Positions 1 to 12,256 of a DNA stretch of 64,000 nucleotides are shown here, piece by piece. Source of the stretch: Macrostomum lignano (lineage: Eukaryota); assembly GCA_002269645.1 (NCBI GenBank), contig NIVC01001614.1, positions 1-64,000 of the forward strand, written 5' to 3'. Every line of letters starts with the position of its first letter. The stretch's first letter is position 1. The notes below the pieces were generated by a model that saw only the letters and a list, made by a program, of their open reading frames with translations, had not been told where the DNA came from and did no database searches. Position numbers and translations under genes: made by a program.

Positions 1-16
1 TTATATAGCTCAAAAA

Positions 17-620
17 TGGTGTACACCAGGCTTACGTCGCTCACACGGTGTACACCAGGCACACGCTCACACAGGGTGTACACCAGGCACACGCTCACAC
101 AGGGTGTACACCAGGCACACGCTCACACAGGGTGTACACCAGGCACACGCTCACACAGAAAGTACACCAGGCACACGCTCACACAGGGTGTACACCCGGC
201 ACACGCTCACACAGGGTGTACACCAGGCACACGCTCACACAGGGTGTACACCAGGCACACGCTCACACAGGGTGTACACCAGGCACACGCTCACACAGGG
301 TGTACACCAGGCACACGCTCACACAGAATGTACACCAGGCACACGCTCACACAGGGTGTACACCAGGCACACGCTCACACAGGGTGTACACCAGGCACAC
401 GCTCACACAGAATGTACACCAGGCACACGCTCACACAGGGTGTACACCAGGCACACGCTCACACAGGGTGTACACCAGGCACACGCTCACACAGGGTGTA
501 CACCAGGCACACGCTCACACAGGATGTACACCAGGCACACGCTCACACAGGGTGTACACCAGGCACACGCTCACACAGGGTGTACACCAGGCACACGCTC
601 ACACAGGGTGTACACCCGGC
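17..620. repeat. 28-bp minisatellite (GTGTACACCAGGCACACGCTCACACAGG), about 21 copies
   Basis: Near-perfect head-to-tail units with no spacers. The unit matches part of the SINE domain at 10692-10740. Confidence 0.97.
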
Positions 621-1189
621 AGCGCGCATAGCATTGTAATATTGTAGTTTGTACTACATGTACTTTGCCCATCAAAAGGTGTCATTATTGCACTCTCATT
701 TCAGTCTTATTCAAATACGAGTACAAACTGTTTCGTTCAAGCAGCAAAATGGTAAACTTAAGTGCAAATAACTCAGTTCAAAGGCTGATTCACGATTCAC
801 CATTTATGGTAAGATAAACTGAAAATTATGCACTTGATATGGCTATGCTTGAACTTGATTTGAGCATTGGGCAACTGGATTGGAAAACCATGTAACGATT
901 TTGGTAGATATAGATGATAAAACGCGGGAAAGCGGTCACGTGATGAAATTTTTGTACATAGGGTAAATGTAGCACCGCACAGGATCAGGTGATAAGTAGC
1001 TTGTAACATGGACAATAATCTCATTGCTCCTTTCTAACCTTTGAGCCGCTGCTAATATCCATATAGGTCGCCGGGGTAAATTGCGTCCTGCGATTTTGCT
1101 ATTTCAATTTCATTAAATCAGCTACCCTAGCTGGTACAGTTGAGATATTCCTCAGTTACTTTGCTAGGGTTTAATGTCTGAATTGAGAG

Positions 1190-2540
1190 CTGGTGAGGGT
1201 TTAGATGCCTGCAATGAGAACCGGTGATGGTTTAGATGTCTACATTGAGGACCGGTGAGGGTTTAGATGTCTACATTGAGGACCGGTGAGGGTTTAGATG
1301 TCTACATTGAGGACCGGTGAGGGTTTAGATGTCTACATTGAGGACCGGTGAGGGTTTAGATGTCTACATTGAGGACCGGTGAGGGTTTAGATGTCTACAT
1401 TGAGAACCGGTGAGGGTTTAGATGCCTGGATTGAGAACCAGTGAGGATTTAGATGTCTACATTGAGAACGGGTGAGGGTTTAGATGTCTACATTGAGAAC
1501 CGGTGAGGGTTTAGATATCTACATTGAGAACCGGTGAGGGTTTAGATGCCTGAATTGAGAACCGGTGAGGGTTTAGATGCCTGAACTGAGAACCGGTGAG
1601 GGTTTAGATGCCTGAATTGAGAACCGGTGAGGGTTTAGATGCCTGAATTGAGAACCGGTGAGGGTTTAGATGCCTGAACTGAGAACCGGTGAGGGTTTAG
1701 ATGCCTGAACTGAGAACCGGTGTGGGTTTAGATGCCTGAACTGAGAACCGGTGAGGGATTAGATGTCTACATTGAGAACCGGTGAGGGTTTAGATGTCTA
1801 CATTGAGAACCGGTGAGGGTTTAGATGACTACATTGAGAACCGGTGAGGGTTTAGATGTCTACATTGAGAACCGGTGAGGGTTTAGATGCCTGAATTGAG
1901 AACCGGTGAGGGATTAGATGTCTACATTGAGAACCGGTGAGGGTTTAGATGCCTGAATTGAGAACCGGTGAGGGTTTAGATGCCTGAACTGAGAACCGGT
2001 GAGGGTTTAGATGCCTGAATTGAGAACCGGTGAGGGTTTAGATGCCTGAATTGAGAACCGGTGAGGGTTTAGATGCCTGAACTGAGAACCGGTGAGGGTT
2101 TAGATGCCTGAATTGAGAACCGGTGAGGGTTTAGATGCCTGAATTGAGAACCGGTGAGGGTTTAGATGCCTGAATTTAGAACTGGTGAGGGTTTAGATGC
2201 CTGAATTGAGAACCGGTGAGGGTTTAGATGCCTGAATTGAGAACCGGTGAGGGTTTAGATGCCTGAATTTAGAACTGGTGAGGGTTTAGATGCCTGAATT
2301 GAGAACCGGTGAGGGTTTAGATGCCTGAATTGAGAACCGGTGAGGGTTTAGATGCCTGAATTGAGAACCGGTGAGGGTTTAGATGCCTGAATTTAGAACT
2401 GGTGAGGGTTTAGATGCCTGAATTTAGAACTGGTGAGGGTTTAGATGCCTGAATTTAGAACCGGTGAGGGTTTAGATGCCTGAATTTAGAACCGGTGAGG
2501 GTTTAGATGCCTGAATTTAGAACCGGTGAGGGTTTAGATG
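1190..2540. repeat. 31-bp minisatellite (GAGAACCGGTGAGGGTTTAGATGCCTGAATT and the ...ATGTCTACATT variant), about 43 copies, intronic
   Basis: Period 31 measured (ACCGGTGAG at 1561 and 1592). Two variant blocks are present. Confidence 0.97.
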
Positions 2541-2558
2541 TCGGCAATGAGAACTCAC

Positions 2559-5500
2559 GACTGTAGTAGGCGCAGGACGGCACTCCGCTTGAGCCGCTAG
2601 GTTTAGTTACCAAGGCCACCCCGGGCACTCGAATGCTACAAGTAGACCTCACTTCGTTCCCATTGTACGGCTCGCAGTAATAAAATCCATTGCATTTTTC
2701 GCCATAGTCTTCAACGCATCGACGAGAGCAATAATCCAGGTTGAGGTCGGAGTGGGTGGCCGTGTAAGCTGACAGGTCCGGTTGAGACACCTTGAACTGC
2801 TGCTTGAAATCCGTGTGAACGACCTCGAATAGTGAGTACAGTTCAGGTTGGGCTCTGATTTCACCGAATCGTCTGATTTGTGGCTGGCACTCAGGTAGCA
2901 GAATTTCTTCAGGCCTTCGCCGAAATCGCAGATGTCGAAACTGCGACACGGCTTTGAGGGACTCGAGCCGACACAGGCGGCTGCGCACTCCCGATCTGTG
3001 TCCACCAGCTGCAGGTCTTTGTGCACGTCGATCAGGCGGGAGAGGCCCGGCTCTTTGGTGAACAGACCGAGCTCCGTCTCTGGGGAAGGGAGTTTGTGGT
3101 TGAGCAACTCTCTACCTGCGTACCTTTATTGGTGTCTTCGTGTCTTGATGTCTGAGTGTCTTGGTGTCTGAGTGTCTTGATGTCTGAGTGTCTTGATGTC
3201 TGAATGTCTTCGTGTCTTGATGTCTTGGTGTCTTGATGTCTGAGTGTCTTGATGTCTGAATGTCTTCGTGTCTTGATGTCTTCGTGTCTTGATGTCTGAG
3301 TGTCTTGATGTCTGAGTGTCTTGATGTCTGAGTGTCTTGATGTCTGAATGTCTTGGTGTCTTCGTGTCTTGATGTCTGAGTGTCTTGATGTTTTCGTGTC
3401 TTAGTGTCTTCGTGTCTTGATGTCTGAGTGTCTTGATCTCTGAGTGTCTTGATGTTTTCGTGTCTTAGTGTCTTCGTGTCTTGATGTCTGAGTGTCTTGA
3501 TGTCTGAGTGTCTTGATGTCTGAGTGTCTTGATGTCTGAGTGTCTTGATGTCTGAATGTCTTGATTTCCGAGTGTCTTGATGTCCGAATGTCTTGATTTC
3601 CGAGTGTCTTGATGTCCGAATGTCTTGATTTCCGAGTGTCTTGATTTCCGAGTGTCTTGATTTCCGAGTGTCTTGATGTCTTCGTGTCTTGATGTCTGAG
3701 TGTCTTGATGTCTGAGTGTCTTGATGTCTGAGTGTCTTGATGTCTGAATGTCTTGGTGTCTTCGTGTCTTGATGTCTGAGTGTCTTGAAGTTTTCGTGTC
3801 TTAGTGTCTTCGTGTCTTGATGTCTGAGTGTCTTGATCTCTGAGTGTCTTGATGTTTTCGTGTCTTAGTGTCTTCGTGTCTTGATGTCTGAGTGTCTTGA
3901 TGTCTTCGTGTCTTGATGTCTGAGTGTCTTGATGTCTGAGTGTCTTGATGTCCGAGTGTCTTGATGTCCGAGTGTCTTGATTTCCGAGTGTCTTGATGTC
4001 TGAATGTCTTGATTTCCGAGTGTCTTGATGTCCGAATGTCTTGATTTCCGAGTGTCTTGATGTCCGAATGTCTTGATTTCCGAGTGTCTTGATGTCCGAA
4101 TGTCTTGATTTCCGAGTGTCTTGATTTCCGAGTGTCTTGATTTCCGAGTGTCTTGATGTCTTCGTGTCTTGATGTCTGAGTGTCTTGATGTCTGAGTGTC
4201 TTGATGTCTAAGTGTCTTGATGTTTGAATGTCTTGATTTCCGAGTGTCTTGATGTCCGAATGTCTTGATTTCCGAGTGTCTTGATGTCTGAGTGTCTTGA
4301 TGTCTGAATGTCTTGATTTCCGAGTGTCTTGATGTCCGAATGTCTTGATATCTGAGTGTCTTGATGTCCGAATGTCTTGATATCTGAGTGTCTTGATGTC
4401 TGAGTGTCTTGGTGTCTCACGACTCAACTAACACTGGTAACTCACTATCGTACAGGTTGCACAGTCCTCTCTGCACAACCTTGTCAGGCTGCTCCCTCGG
4501 CGAGGCGTCATTGAGCAGGCACTGGCCCAGGCTGTAGCAGTAGGTGAACGATTTGCACTCAAAATCTGCGTTGCCAAGGCAAGCTTCGGCGCAGTCGTCA
4601 ACAGACAGGGCATCCAGCATGGCTCTGGTTGGCGGCATTCCCGCACTTTTGGTCACTTCGAACTGGAACAGGTGTCTGCCAGTCAGAGCCAGGTCTACGT
4701 TTGGTCGAACTTCGAATTGTTCAATATCGAGAGCGGTGATGTTGACAATGTCGATGTTTCCCGTTTCCGGCGTGATTTTCTCCATTGGAACCCGGAATAG
4801 GCTGCTGTCAACGTAGGTCACTAGAAGGTCGAATGCCGTCTCCAAAGATAGCTCAAGGGCGTCTGGGCGGATCACTGATACCGGGCCTGAAAATCACATT
4901 GGCGGTGATCTTCTTTGAAGTTTCTCTAATTAATTAATTTTTTTCTACCTTTGCTTACAAACTAATCAGTCGGAACCATTACATAAAAGACTCGCTGCTC
5001 TTATCAGCACGTGACTCACCTATCATACAGGTATAATTGCTGTTCTATTATCAGCAGGTGACTGGGCTATATCATACAGGTATAATTGCTGTTCTATTAT
5101 CAGCAGGTGACTGGGCTATATCATACAGGTATAATTGCTGTTCTATTATCAGCAGGTGACTGGGCTATATCATACAGGTATAATTGCTGTTCTATTATCA
5201 GCAGGTGACTGGCCTATATCATACAGGTATAATTGCTGTTCTATTATCAGCAGGTGACTGGGCTATATCATACAGGTATAATTGCTGTTCTATTATCAGC
5301 AGGTAAAAAGGTGGAATGTTCTTCTCTTCGGTTATGCAAATATCCCTGGTCACTTTAAAATAGCAACAAAAAAACGAACAACAAAAGCAATAAATAGCGA
5401 TAAGATTTCCGCTACTCAAACAGCTTCTACTCACGAATGAGCACGGAACACTGATGAGTCTTATCCGGGTTCTCCGTGTCCTTTTTGAAAGACGAGCTCA

Positions 5501-8500
5501 ACAGGCAGTTCGAGCCGGATTTCGAGCCGGGGCAGAAGGCCACACTGTTGCAGGGCGGCATCAGAAGGCTGTTGCAGCGGCGAAGACAGTCCAGCTCGCT
5601 GGCTACATTGGCAGTCTGCTCGGCGCTTTCAATGTACCGGTTTGGTCCAGTGAGTCGGTTGAACTGGGCTGAAATGCCGTTTTTTTTAAATAAGTTATTA
5701 AATTATTTGAAATAATAATGAAACAGGTAAGAGACTAGCGCCCCTGGTGCTAAAGCCCCTGGTGCTAAAGCCCCTGTGCTAAAGCCTCTGGTGCTAAAGC
5801 CCCTGGTGCTAATGCCCCTGGTGCTAATGCCCCTGGTGCTAAAGCCCCTGGTGCCTTAGAGCTCCGTTTCCAATCCAGATCTCGATTTTGATAAGTCCAT
5901 GAACCGAAATCTTGAGCATTACTTAAAGAACCCTATTAAAAAATGATGAAAGGAGATCTCAGTATTTAAAGCCAAGCTAAATCGCACAATTATCAATTCA
6001 CGAATGAATTTTTATCCAAAGAGCACAGCAGCTCGTACAGGTTCTTGCTGCGCAAATGCGCGAATATCAATGTTGGCCTTAAGTCTGTTTCAGATTATCC
6101 TCTGATAATCCCCCGACAGTAGAATCACCAGCTAAAATGTAATTAAGTATGCAATAGATGCAGCGGATTCCGTCCTCACCGTACGGATGTGGCCCATCTA
6201 GCAGGGTGAAGATTAAATAGATGAATACATCGTCATAGTCGAGTCTTACTCGCTGAAATCTGATCGGATTAACAAAACCCAGGTCAGCGTTGGCCAGTAC
6301 TTTAGTGGCCCGGCGAATGAATAAATTTTGACTGCCCTTCACGTACTTGTCGTAGATACCGCCTGTGGTCATAGATAGAATTTGTGTCTATTTGTTACAT
6401 CCATAGGCAAAAATAGTCATAGTCAGCAATCAGAAATCTGTGGGAGTCCTCTGAGCATTGAGTAATCTATAGAAGTCAGCTGATCACTCGATTGTTTATG
6501 GGATCGAGTCAGCTGATCACTCGATTGTCTATGGAAGTCAGCTGATCACTCGATTGTCTATAGAAGTCAGCTGATCACTCGATTGTCTATGGAAGTCAGC
6601 TGATCACTCGATTGTCTATAGAAGTCAGCTGATCACTCGATTGTCTATGGAAGTCAGCTGATCACTCGATTGTCTATAGAAGTCAGCTGATCACTCGATT
6701 GTCTATGGAAGTCAGCTGATCACTCGATTGTCTATGGAAGTCAGCTGATCACTCGATTGTCTATGGGAGTCAGCTGATCACTCGGTTGTCTATGGGAGTC
6801 AGCTGATCACTCGGTTGTCTATGGGAGTCAGCTGATCAATCAGTTGTCTATGGGAGTCAGCTGATCAATCAGTTGTCTATGGGAGTCAGCTGATCAATCA
6901 GTTGTCTATGGAAGTCAGCTGATCACTCGGTTGTCTATGGAAGTCAGCTGATCACTCGATTGTCTATAGAAGTCAGCTGATCACTCGATTGTCTATGGAA
7001 GTCAGCTGATCACTCGATTGTCTATAGAAGTCAGCTGATCACTCGATTGTCTATGGAAGTCAGCTGATCACTCGATTGTCTATGGAAGTCAGCTGATCAC
7101 TCGATTGTCTATGGAAGTCAGCTGATCACTCGATTGTCTATGGGAGTCAGCTGATCACTCGGTTGTCTATGGGAGTCAGCTGATCAATCAGTTGTCTATG
7201 GGAGTCAGCTGATCATTCGCTTGTCTATGGGAGTCAGCTAATTAATCAGTTGTCGATGGGAGTCAGCTGATCAATCAGTTGTCTATGGGAGTCAGCTGAT
7301 CATTCGGTTGTCTATGGGAGTCAGCTAATTAATCAGTTGTCGATGGGAGTCAGCTGATCAATCAGTTGTCTATGGGAGTCAGCTGATCACTCGGTTGTCT
7401 ATGGGAGTCAGCTGATCAATCAGTTGTCTATGGGAGTCAGCTGATCAATCAGTTGTCTATGGGAGTCAGCTGATCAATCAGTTGTCTATGGGAGTCAGCT
7501 GATCACTCGGTTGTCTATGGGAGTCAGCTGATCACTCGGTTGTCTATGGGAGTCAGCTGATCAATCAGTTGTCTATGGAAGTCAGCTGATCACTCGGTTG
7601 TCTATGGGAGTCAGCTGATCACTCGATTGTCTATGGAAGTCAGCTGATCACTCGGTTGTCTATGGGAGTCAGCTGATCAATCAGTTGTCTATGGGAGTCA
7701 GCTGATCAATCAGTTGTCTATGGGAGTCAGCTGATCAATCAGTTGTCTATGGGAGTCAGCTGATCAATCAGTTGTAGGTTGTCCCCTTACCATTCAAGAA
7801 TCGAATAAGAATATTCTTTCTCTCAGCCTTGGCGTAGCACTGGGTAACGTCCAAGTCGTAGGGTTGAAGCTGATCAAAATCTTTCTCAGCGTCGGGTTCA
7901 ACTTGGGTGTCGAAATTGTAGAAATTGTAAACCTCCTGGTAGTTAAAAGTCGGATCATCAATCTGAAATGTTGCGTTGTTATATTTTTTTACCCCTGTTT
8001 AAGAGGTGTTTAGCTGCAGAATCATGCAGCTCCCATGTCAAGATGCCTTGCCTGTTGTTCTAAATCTATTTATTGATTTCGGTGCAACCTTCTTGCTCAA
8101 CATAAACAAAAGTACAAAAACCCTCAAACTCACTTGGCCCAGCGATTTGTAGTTGGTAATCCTCAACTGTACAGGGATATTCTTCCCTTGGTTGATTTTG
8201 TTCTTTCCCAGAACGACTTCAGACACGCGAGGCTGCAAAAAACAAGAGAAAGACGAAACGATTTCAATATGAGTTTGACTAATGACCAGGATATGACCAG
8301 ATGGGTCTGGCACTCTACCTACGAAGGCCAACTATATCCCAAAGCAAAAAGTATAATTGTAAACTGTCACAGCGTTGGCAAAGTCAGGGCCTGTGGCCAC
8401 ATCCCAGACTCACATCAAGCATCTCGTATTCAAAAGTGAAGTTCATGCCCGGCCGACCTTTGATTTCATAGTCCTTTCGCAGCGATATGTATCGGTGAAT

Positions 8501-11500
8501 TGGAATGCCGCGAACAACGCGCTAGAAATGTTGAAAGGAATTGTTTTTGTAATATTTTTGCACTTTAAGCGACATTGTCACACAACCGGCGACAGGCATT
8601 ACTGCCCATTCCGCCGACTCCCCTGAGCAGGCACACAAGAGCGCGGATACGTACGCAGTCGTACGCACAGGCACACACTCACACAGGAGTGTACAGCGGC
8701 CCTAACTTTATCGATCGTTAGGCATGTACACTTCACTGTGCCTTGGGGTTGGCCCTCAAGCTGGGCGCTAATTGCACGCTTTGACTCCTCGTCAGTAAAA
8801 TTGTTTGCAATCGCAATTTTACTGATAAAAGTTAATTACTGTAAACTGTAAGACCTTTACCTTGCCAGTAAACTGATAGGTCTCATCGATCCTGAACAAA
8901 TCCTTGGGACTTCTCAGCTCGATAATGTCCCAGCCAGGCCGGTCCTTGATCGGTGGATCTTCAGTGTCGAAGAAGTCGTTAGAGATCGGCTTGTCGGTGC
9001 AGTTGCCGATCAGGTCGTCGATAAAATAGGAGATACCTGTTTAAATGATTTTTGAGATGGCAGTTTAGCTTGCTTGCATTGTAACTTTTGGCACCTTTAT
9101 GACTGCGCCCATATCGCCGATCCCCTCACTCTCAAGGTGTAGAACGGTCGTGGGGTCCTCATTGTCAACCCAATTTTTCACGATGAGGTTTAACTAAGTT
9201 AGTCTTAATTAAATTGAAAAGACTCTGTATACTCGTAGTAATGGCAACTTTCGTGTGGATCGCACATCAATAGTGTTTCAGGGCGCAATCCCTCCTCATG
9301 AGATACTTCTTTTTTAATTTATTTTTTTCAAATTTGTGCTCAAAGCGTGCATGATTTAATAGCCTGTTTGTTAGTCTGCTTCAATCAAAGCATTGCTAAT
9401 TGCTTTTGTATCTGGAAACCGAAATAATAAACGAAACATTCGATTCTAAACCAATATGCTTAGTTTGCTTAATTCATAAATGGAAAATTTATGATCTTAT
9501 TTATTTCTATCTTTTTCATAAATGGAAAATGGAAAATGGAAAATTTCGTTTGTAAATGGTATACTTACCAGTAGTGAAATCCTGAATAACAGTCATTGAG
9601 CCAGGATTATAGAATGGCGGTTTGGTATCTCCATTGGGGTCTCTGAACTGGTACTTGACTAAGAATTGCGACCCATCGTAGTACACGTTGCCGTACTGCA
9701 CCATCTCCAGGGCGGGATCGTGCACCAGCATCTCCTGGGTGTAGCTCATCACAGCTGGCAGCTCTGGCGGCTTCTGCACCTGCATCCGATCTTCGCAGTA
9801 CACTCCGGTTGGGGTCTACAGATTGAGTTGCGGAGTTATTGATTGGAAAATTCAAATGACGTTATGAACTTTGAAATTGTAGAAGTTTCCCTGTAGACCG
9901 ATTGAAAAAAAACATTACATTTTTTCAACCTTTAAATTGACAGGTTGAGATAATAAGCTAGAGATTTATATTCATGATAGCAACAATAATAATACTTGTA
10001 GGAGGGCTATGAGGCCATCCTAGCTCAACGCATGCCAAATTAACATCGGAACGGAGCCACGAGGTTAAATCAATAACTTAATTGAAACAGTCGATTGGAA
10101 ACGCCGAGACATCCTGTCCGGGTCCCTTTCTTTTGCTCCCTTTCCTCGTATCCAGGGGGCAAGGGGGCCTCGCCCCCTCCCCTCCCAATGGGCTGGCAAA
10201 GACATGATGCCCTAAATGACACGTCAAACGGTCCTCGAGCACTGTCGTCCCACGTCAAGAGCACAGTAAGCAGCATTGGCCAAAAACTGATTAGTACAGT
10301 ACTAGCTAGACCTACAGCAGTAAAACAAATCTCTGAACACCAAAACTCACGTCAAAGATGGTATTTTCAGCCATCAGTACGTCGCGAAACGACACAAAGT
10401 CGTAAATCATGTGAAACTTTCTCGGATTGCTAACGTCACCGGCCTCGCCAATGACTTCCGCACGAACTGGCAGGTTTACATCGTACGGCGTGTTCCAGCT
10501 GCTGGCTGCAACAGTCACGTAAGAGTCACAGTAAAAACTTGGTTTACACAATACTTCGTAATAAGTTTAATAATTGTAGGAGAACTGCAAACAACCCTGG
10601 CGCAACGCCTTCGGTGAAATCGTTCCACGAGAAACGTTGACGGCGATTCTGGCCATTCCGCTCACTCCTAAGCACACAAGCGTGTCAATACTGTACACAG
10701 GCACGCAGTCATGCACACGCTCATACAGGGTGTACATCGGCCCTCTGACTTTCTAATCAGTCAGGCATGTACACTTTCTGGGCCTTCTGAGCAGTCATGA
10801 CTGTGAATCGCACGACAACGCACGTCTTCGTACGGAATCGAACCTGGGGTCGTGACGCGAGACTCATACGCGTTTGCCGCTGAACTGCTCCGCCCCACTA
10901 GACTTACATACGTGTAGTGACCTTATGTAACATTTAAGTAATACCTGAAGGTCTTCAAATTCTACCGAAGTTTTGGACTAAAATTTTGCTGAAATCTACT
11001 GGAAAGTTAAATCTGATAAACCTTTACATTTATTGTATCGTGTTTAACTGCACTATAAAGTACTTAAAAGGGTCACAGAAATGTTTTAAGCATCTTTTCG
11101 GGCCCTAACTTACCAGAAAAGTACCAGTGCACTTCAAAAACCGCCTTTCGTTCCTTCCAAGTCTGACAACTGTACCAATAGTCCACCGTGATGCCGCGAA
11201 CTATCGATTTGTTGCGGTACTCCTGTCAAATATTAGACCGACCCCAAGGTTACTTGTTGAAATATTTTAAATGTACAATTAAACTCCTTCTAAGGAAACG
11301 GGTATCTATACTTACCATTCCAAATTCTTTGCTAAATCTAAGCATTAGTGCCGACGATGGCAGCAGTCTACCATCTACGCCGAACAGTAGATCCAAATCA
11401 GTCTTGCCAGTCATGTTGATCACGAGGCAGACCAGGTCATCTGCGGTTGCACGAAACACATGCTGATAATTGTATTACCATAATTTAAAGTTCCAGCATG

Positions 11501-12256
11501 ACAGCAGAACTCACTGAATATAACGTAGATCTCTCTGGTGGCATTGTTATAAATATAGTCGTCAATCTCTCCATCTTTTTGGTAGCGTCGGATCCTCACG
11601 TTTCCTAGGTAACCGTCAAACCATTCCTGAAATTCGTAAGTCTGATTCTTAGTGAGGATGTTCATCTCTATCCTAGTCTGGTAGGATGGTGGAATGTAGG
11701 GCAGGCCGACGCCCTCTGAAAAAGAAAGAATGAAAATAAAATGAGAAAATTAGGATTGCTTCAGGATAATTACGAGCGTATATTCGTTAAAATATACGTA
11801 TGCTTTCAAGATTAAGCTCTCCACGAGTCTTAGTAGTCTTCAATGCGTGGCAGTTGAACCGTCAAGACAAAGATATCAGAACCTTGTAAAGCAGACGTTG
11901 TACCGATGGAACATCAAGACAAAGCTACCAGAACCTTGCATAACAGACGTTGTACCGATGGAACATCAAGACAAAGCTACCAGAACCTTGCATAACAGAC
12001 GTTGTACCGATGGAACATCAAGACAAAGCTACCAGAACCTTGCATAACAGACGTTGTACCGATGAATAATCTAGTAAAAGCTATTAGAATCTCGAAAGAA
12101 CCTCGTGTAGCTGAGGAACTCCCTATAAAACATGGTGCAAGCCTCACCTGTTGTATTAACTTTCTGGCAGAATTCGCCATTGGCGAAGCCGCAGAATTGA
12201 CACGAGATTACTGCCAGAGCCAACAGAATCCACGCTACAAGCTGTCGGATGGCCAT
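2559..12256 (-). CDS. Secreted or cell-surface protein: signal peptide, beta-rich ependymin/LolA-like N-terminal modules (tentative) and 4 PAN/Apple domains; 3' end unresolved
   Basis: 14 exons with GT-AG sites and matching phases: 12256-12148, 11715-11515, 11440-11316, 11222-11114, 10505-10351, 9815-9569, 9036-8861, 8521-8414, 8232-8134, 7962-7791, 6362-6180, 5668-5435, 4886-4446, 3115-2559. The N-terminus MAIRQLVAWILLALAVISCQFCGFANG is a signal peptide. PAN signature C-x3-C...C-x-SF...C-x-L...C-x-x-Y is seen, e.g. CAEACLGNADFECKSFTYCYSLGQCLL...CNLY. There is one frameshift near 2812. A donor GTGAGT after 2559 means the gene continues leftward. Confidence 0.85.
3133..4416. repeat. 16-bp minisatellite (TGTCTGAGTGTCTTGA, 8-bp sub-period), about 80 copies, filling an intron
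   Basis: Occupies almost all of intron 3116-4445. An internal higher-order duplication is visible (3560-3700 vs 4010-4180). Confidence 0.96.
5015..5305. repeat. 49-bp tandem repeat, about 6 copies, intronic
   Basis: TGTTCTATTA at 5041 and 5090; unit TATCATACAGGTATAATTGCTGTTCTATTATCAGCAGGTGACTGGGCTA. Confidence 0.95.
5740..5855. repeat. 15-bp tandem repeat (GCCCCTGGTGCTAAA), about 8 copies
   Basis: Read directly; starts shortly after the exon 5435-5668 acceptor region. Confidence 0.93.
6472..7775. repeat. 29-bp minisatellite (GTCAGCTGATCACTCGATTGTCTATGGAA), about 45 copies, intronic
   Basis: Period 29 (GCTGATCACT at 6541 and 6570). Variants occur in blocks. Confidence 0.97.
8560..8778 (-). 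mobile_element. tRNA-derived SINE family 1, 5'-truncated copy
   Basis: Matches 14596-14825, 16958-17148 and 35220-35470, e.g. TAAGCGACATTGTCACAC...CAGGCACACAAG...GGCCCTCAAGCTGGG. Confidence 0.85.
10590..10897 (-). mobile_element. tRNA-headed SINE family 2 sharing a central and 3' domain with family 1
   Basis: The minus strand has an A-box-like AGCAGTTCAGCGG and B box GGTTCGATTCC (10844-10834). These are followed by AAGTGTACATGCCT...GGGCCGATGTACACCCTGT...CTTGTGTGC...GCGGAATGG...TGCGCCAGGG, homologous to the family 1 body. Confidence 0.7.
11865..12062. repeat. 52-bp tandem repeat, about 3.7 copies, in intron 1 of the PAN gene
   Basis: ACCTTG at 11881, 11933 and 11985. Confidence 0.93.

Noticed and set aside
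16-647. CRISPR-like or protein-coding reading of the 28-bp array (three overlapping ORFs of 175-207 aa)
   Set aside because: Units are contiguous with no spacers and there are no cas genes. The ORFs are open only because the repeat lacks stops in those frames.
797-1087. Candidate final exon(s) of the PAN gene (acceptor at 1088)
   Set aside because: The phase-1 reading gives no recognisable domain or transmembrane segment, and other frames do not match the donor phase. The 3' end is left unresolved.
1190-2540. GGGTTTAG in the 31-mer as telomeric sequence
   Set aside because: It is a single imperfect word per unit, not a tandem TTAGGG/TTTAGGG array.
3801-4427. 208-aa ORF of RHQDT-type repeats
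   Set aside because: It is a translation of the intronic 16-bp minisatellite.
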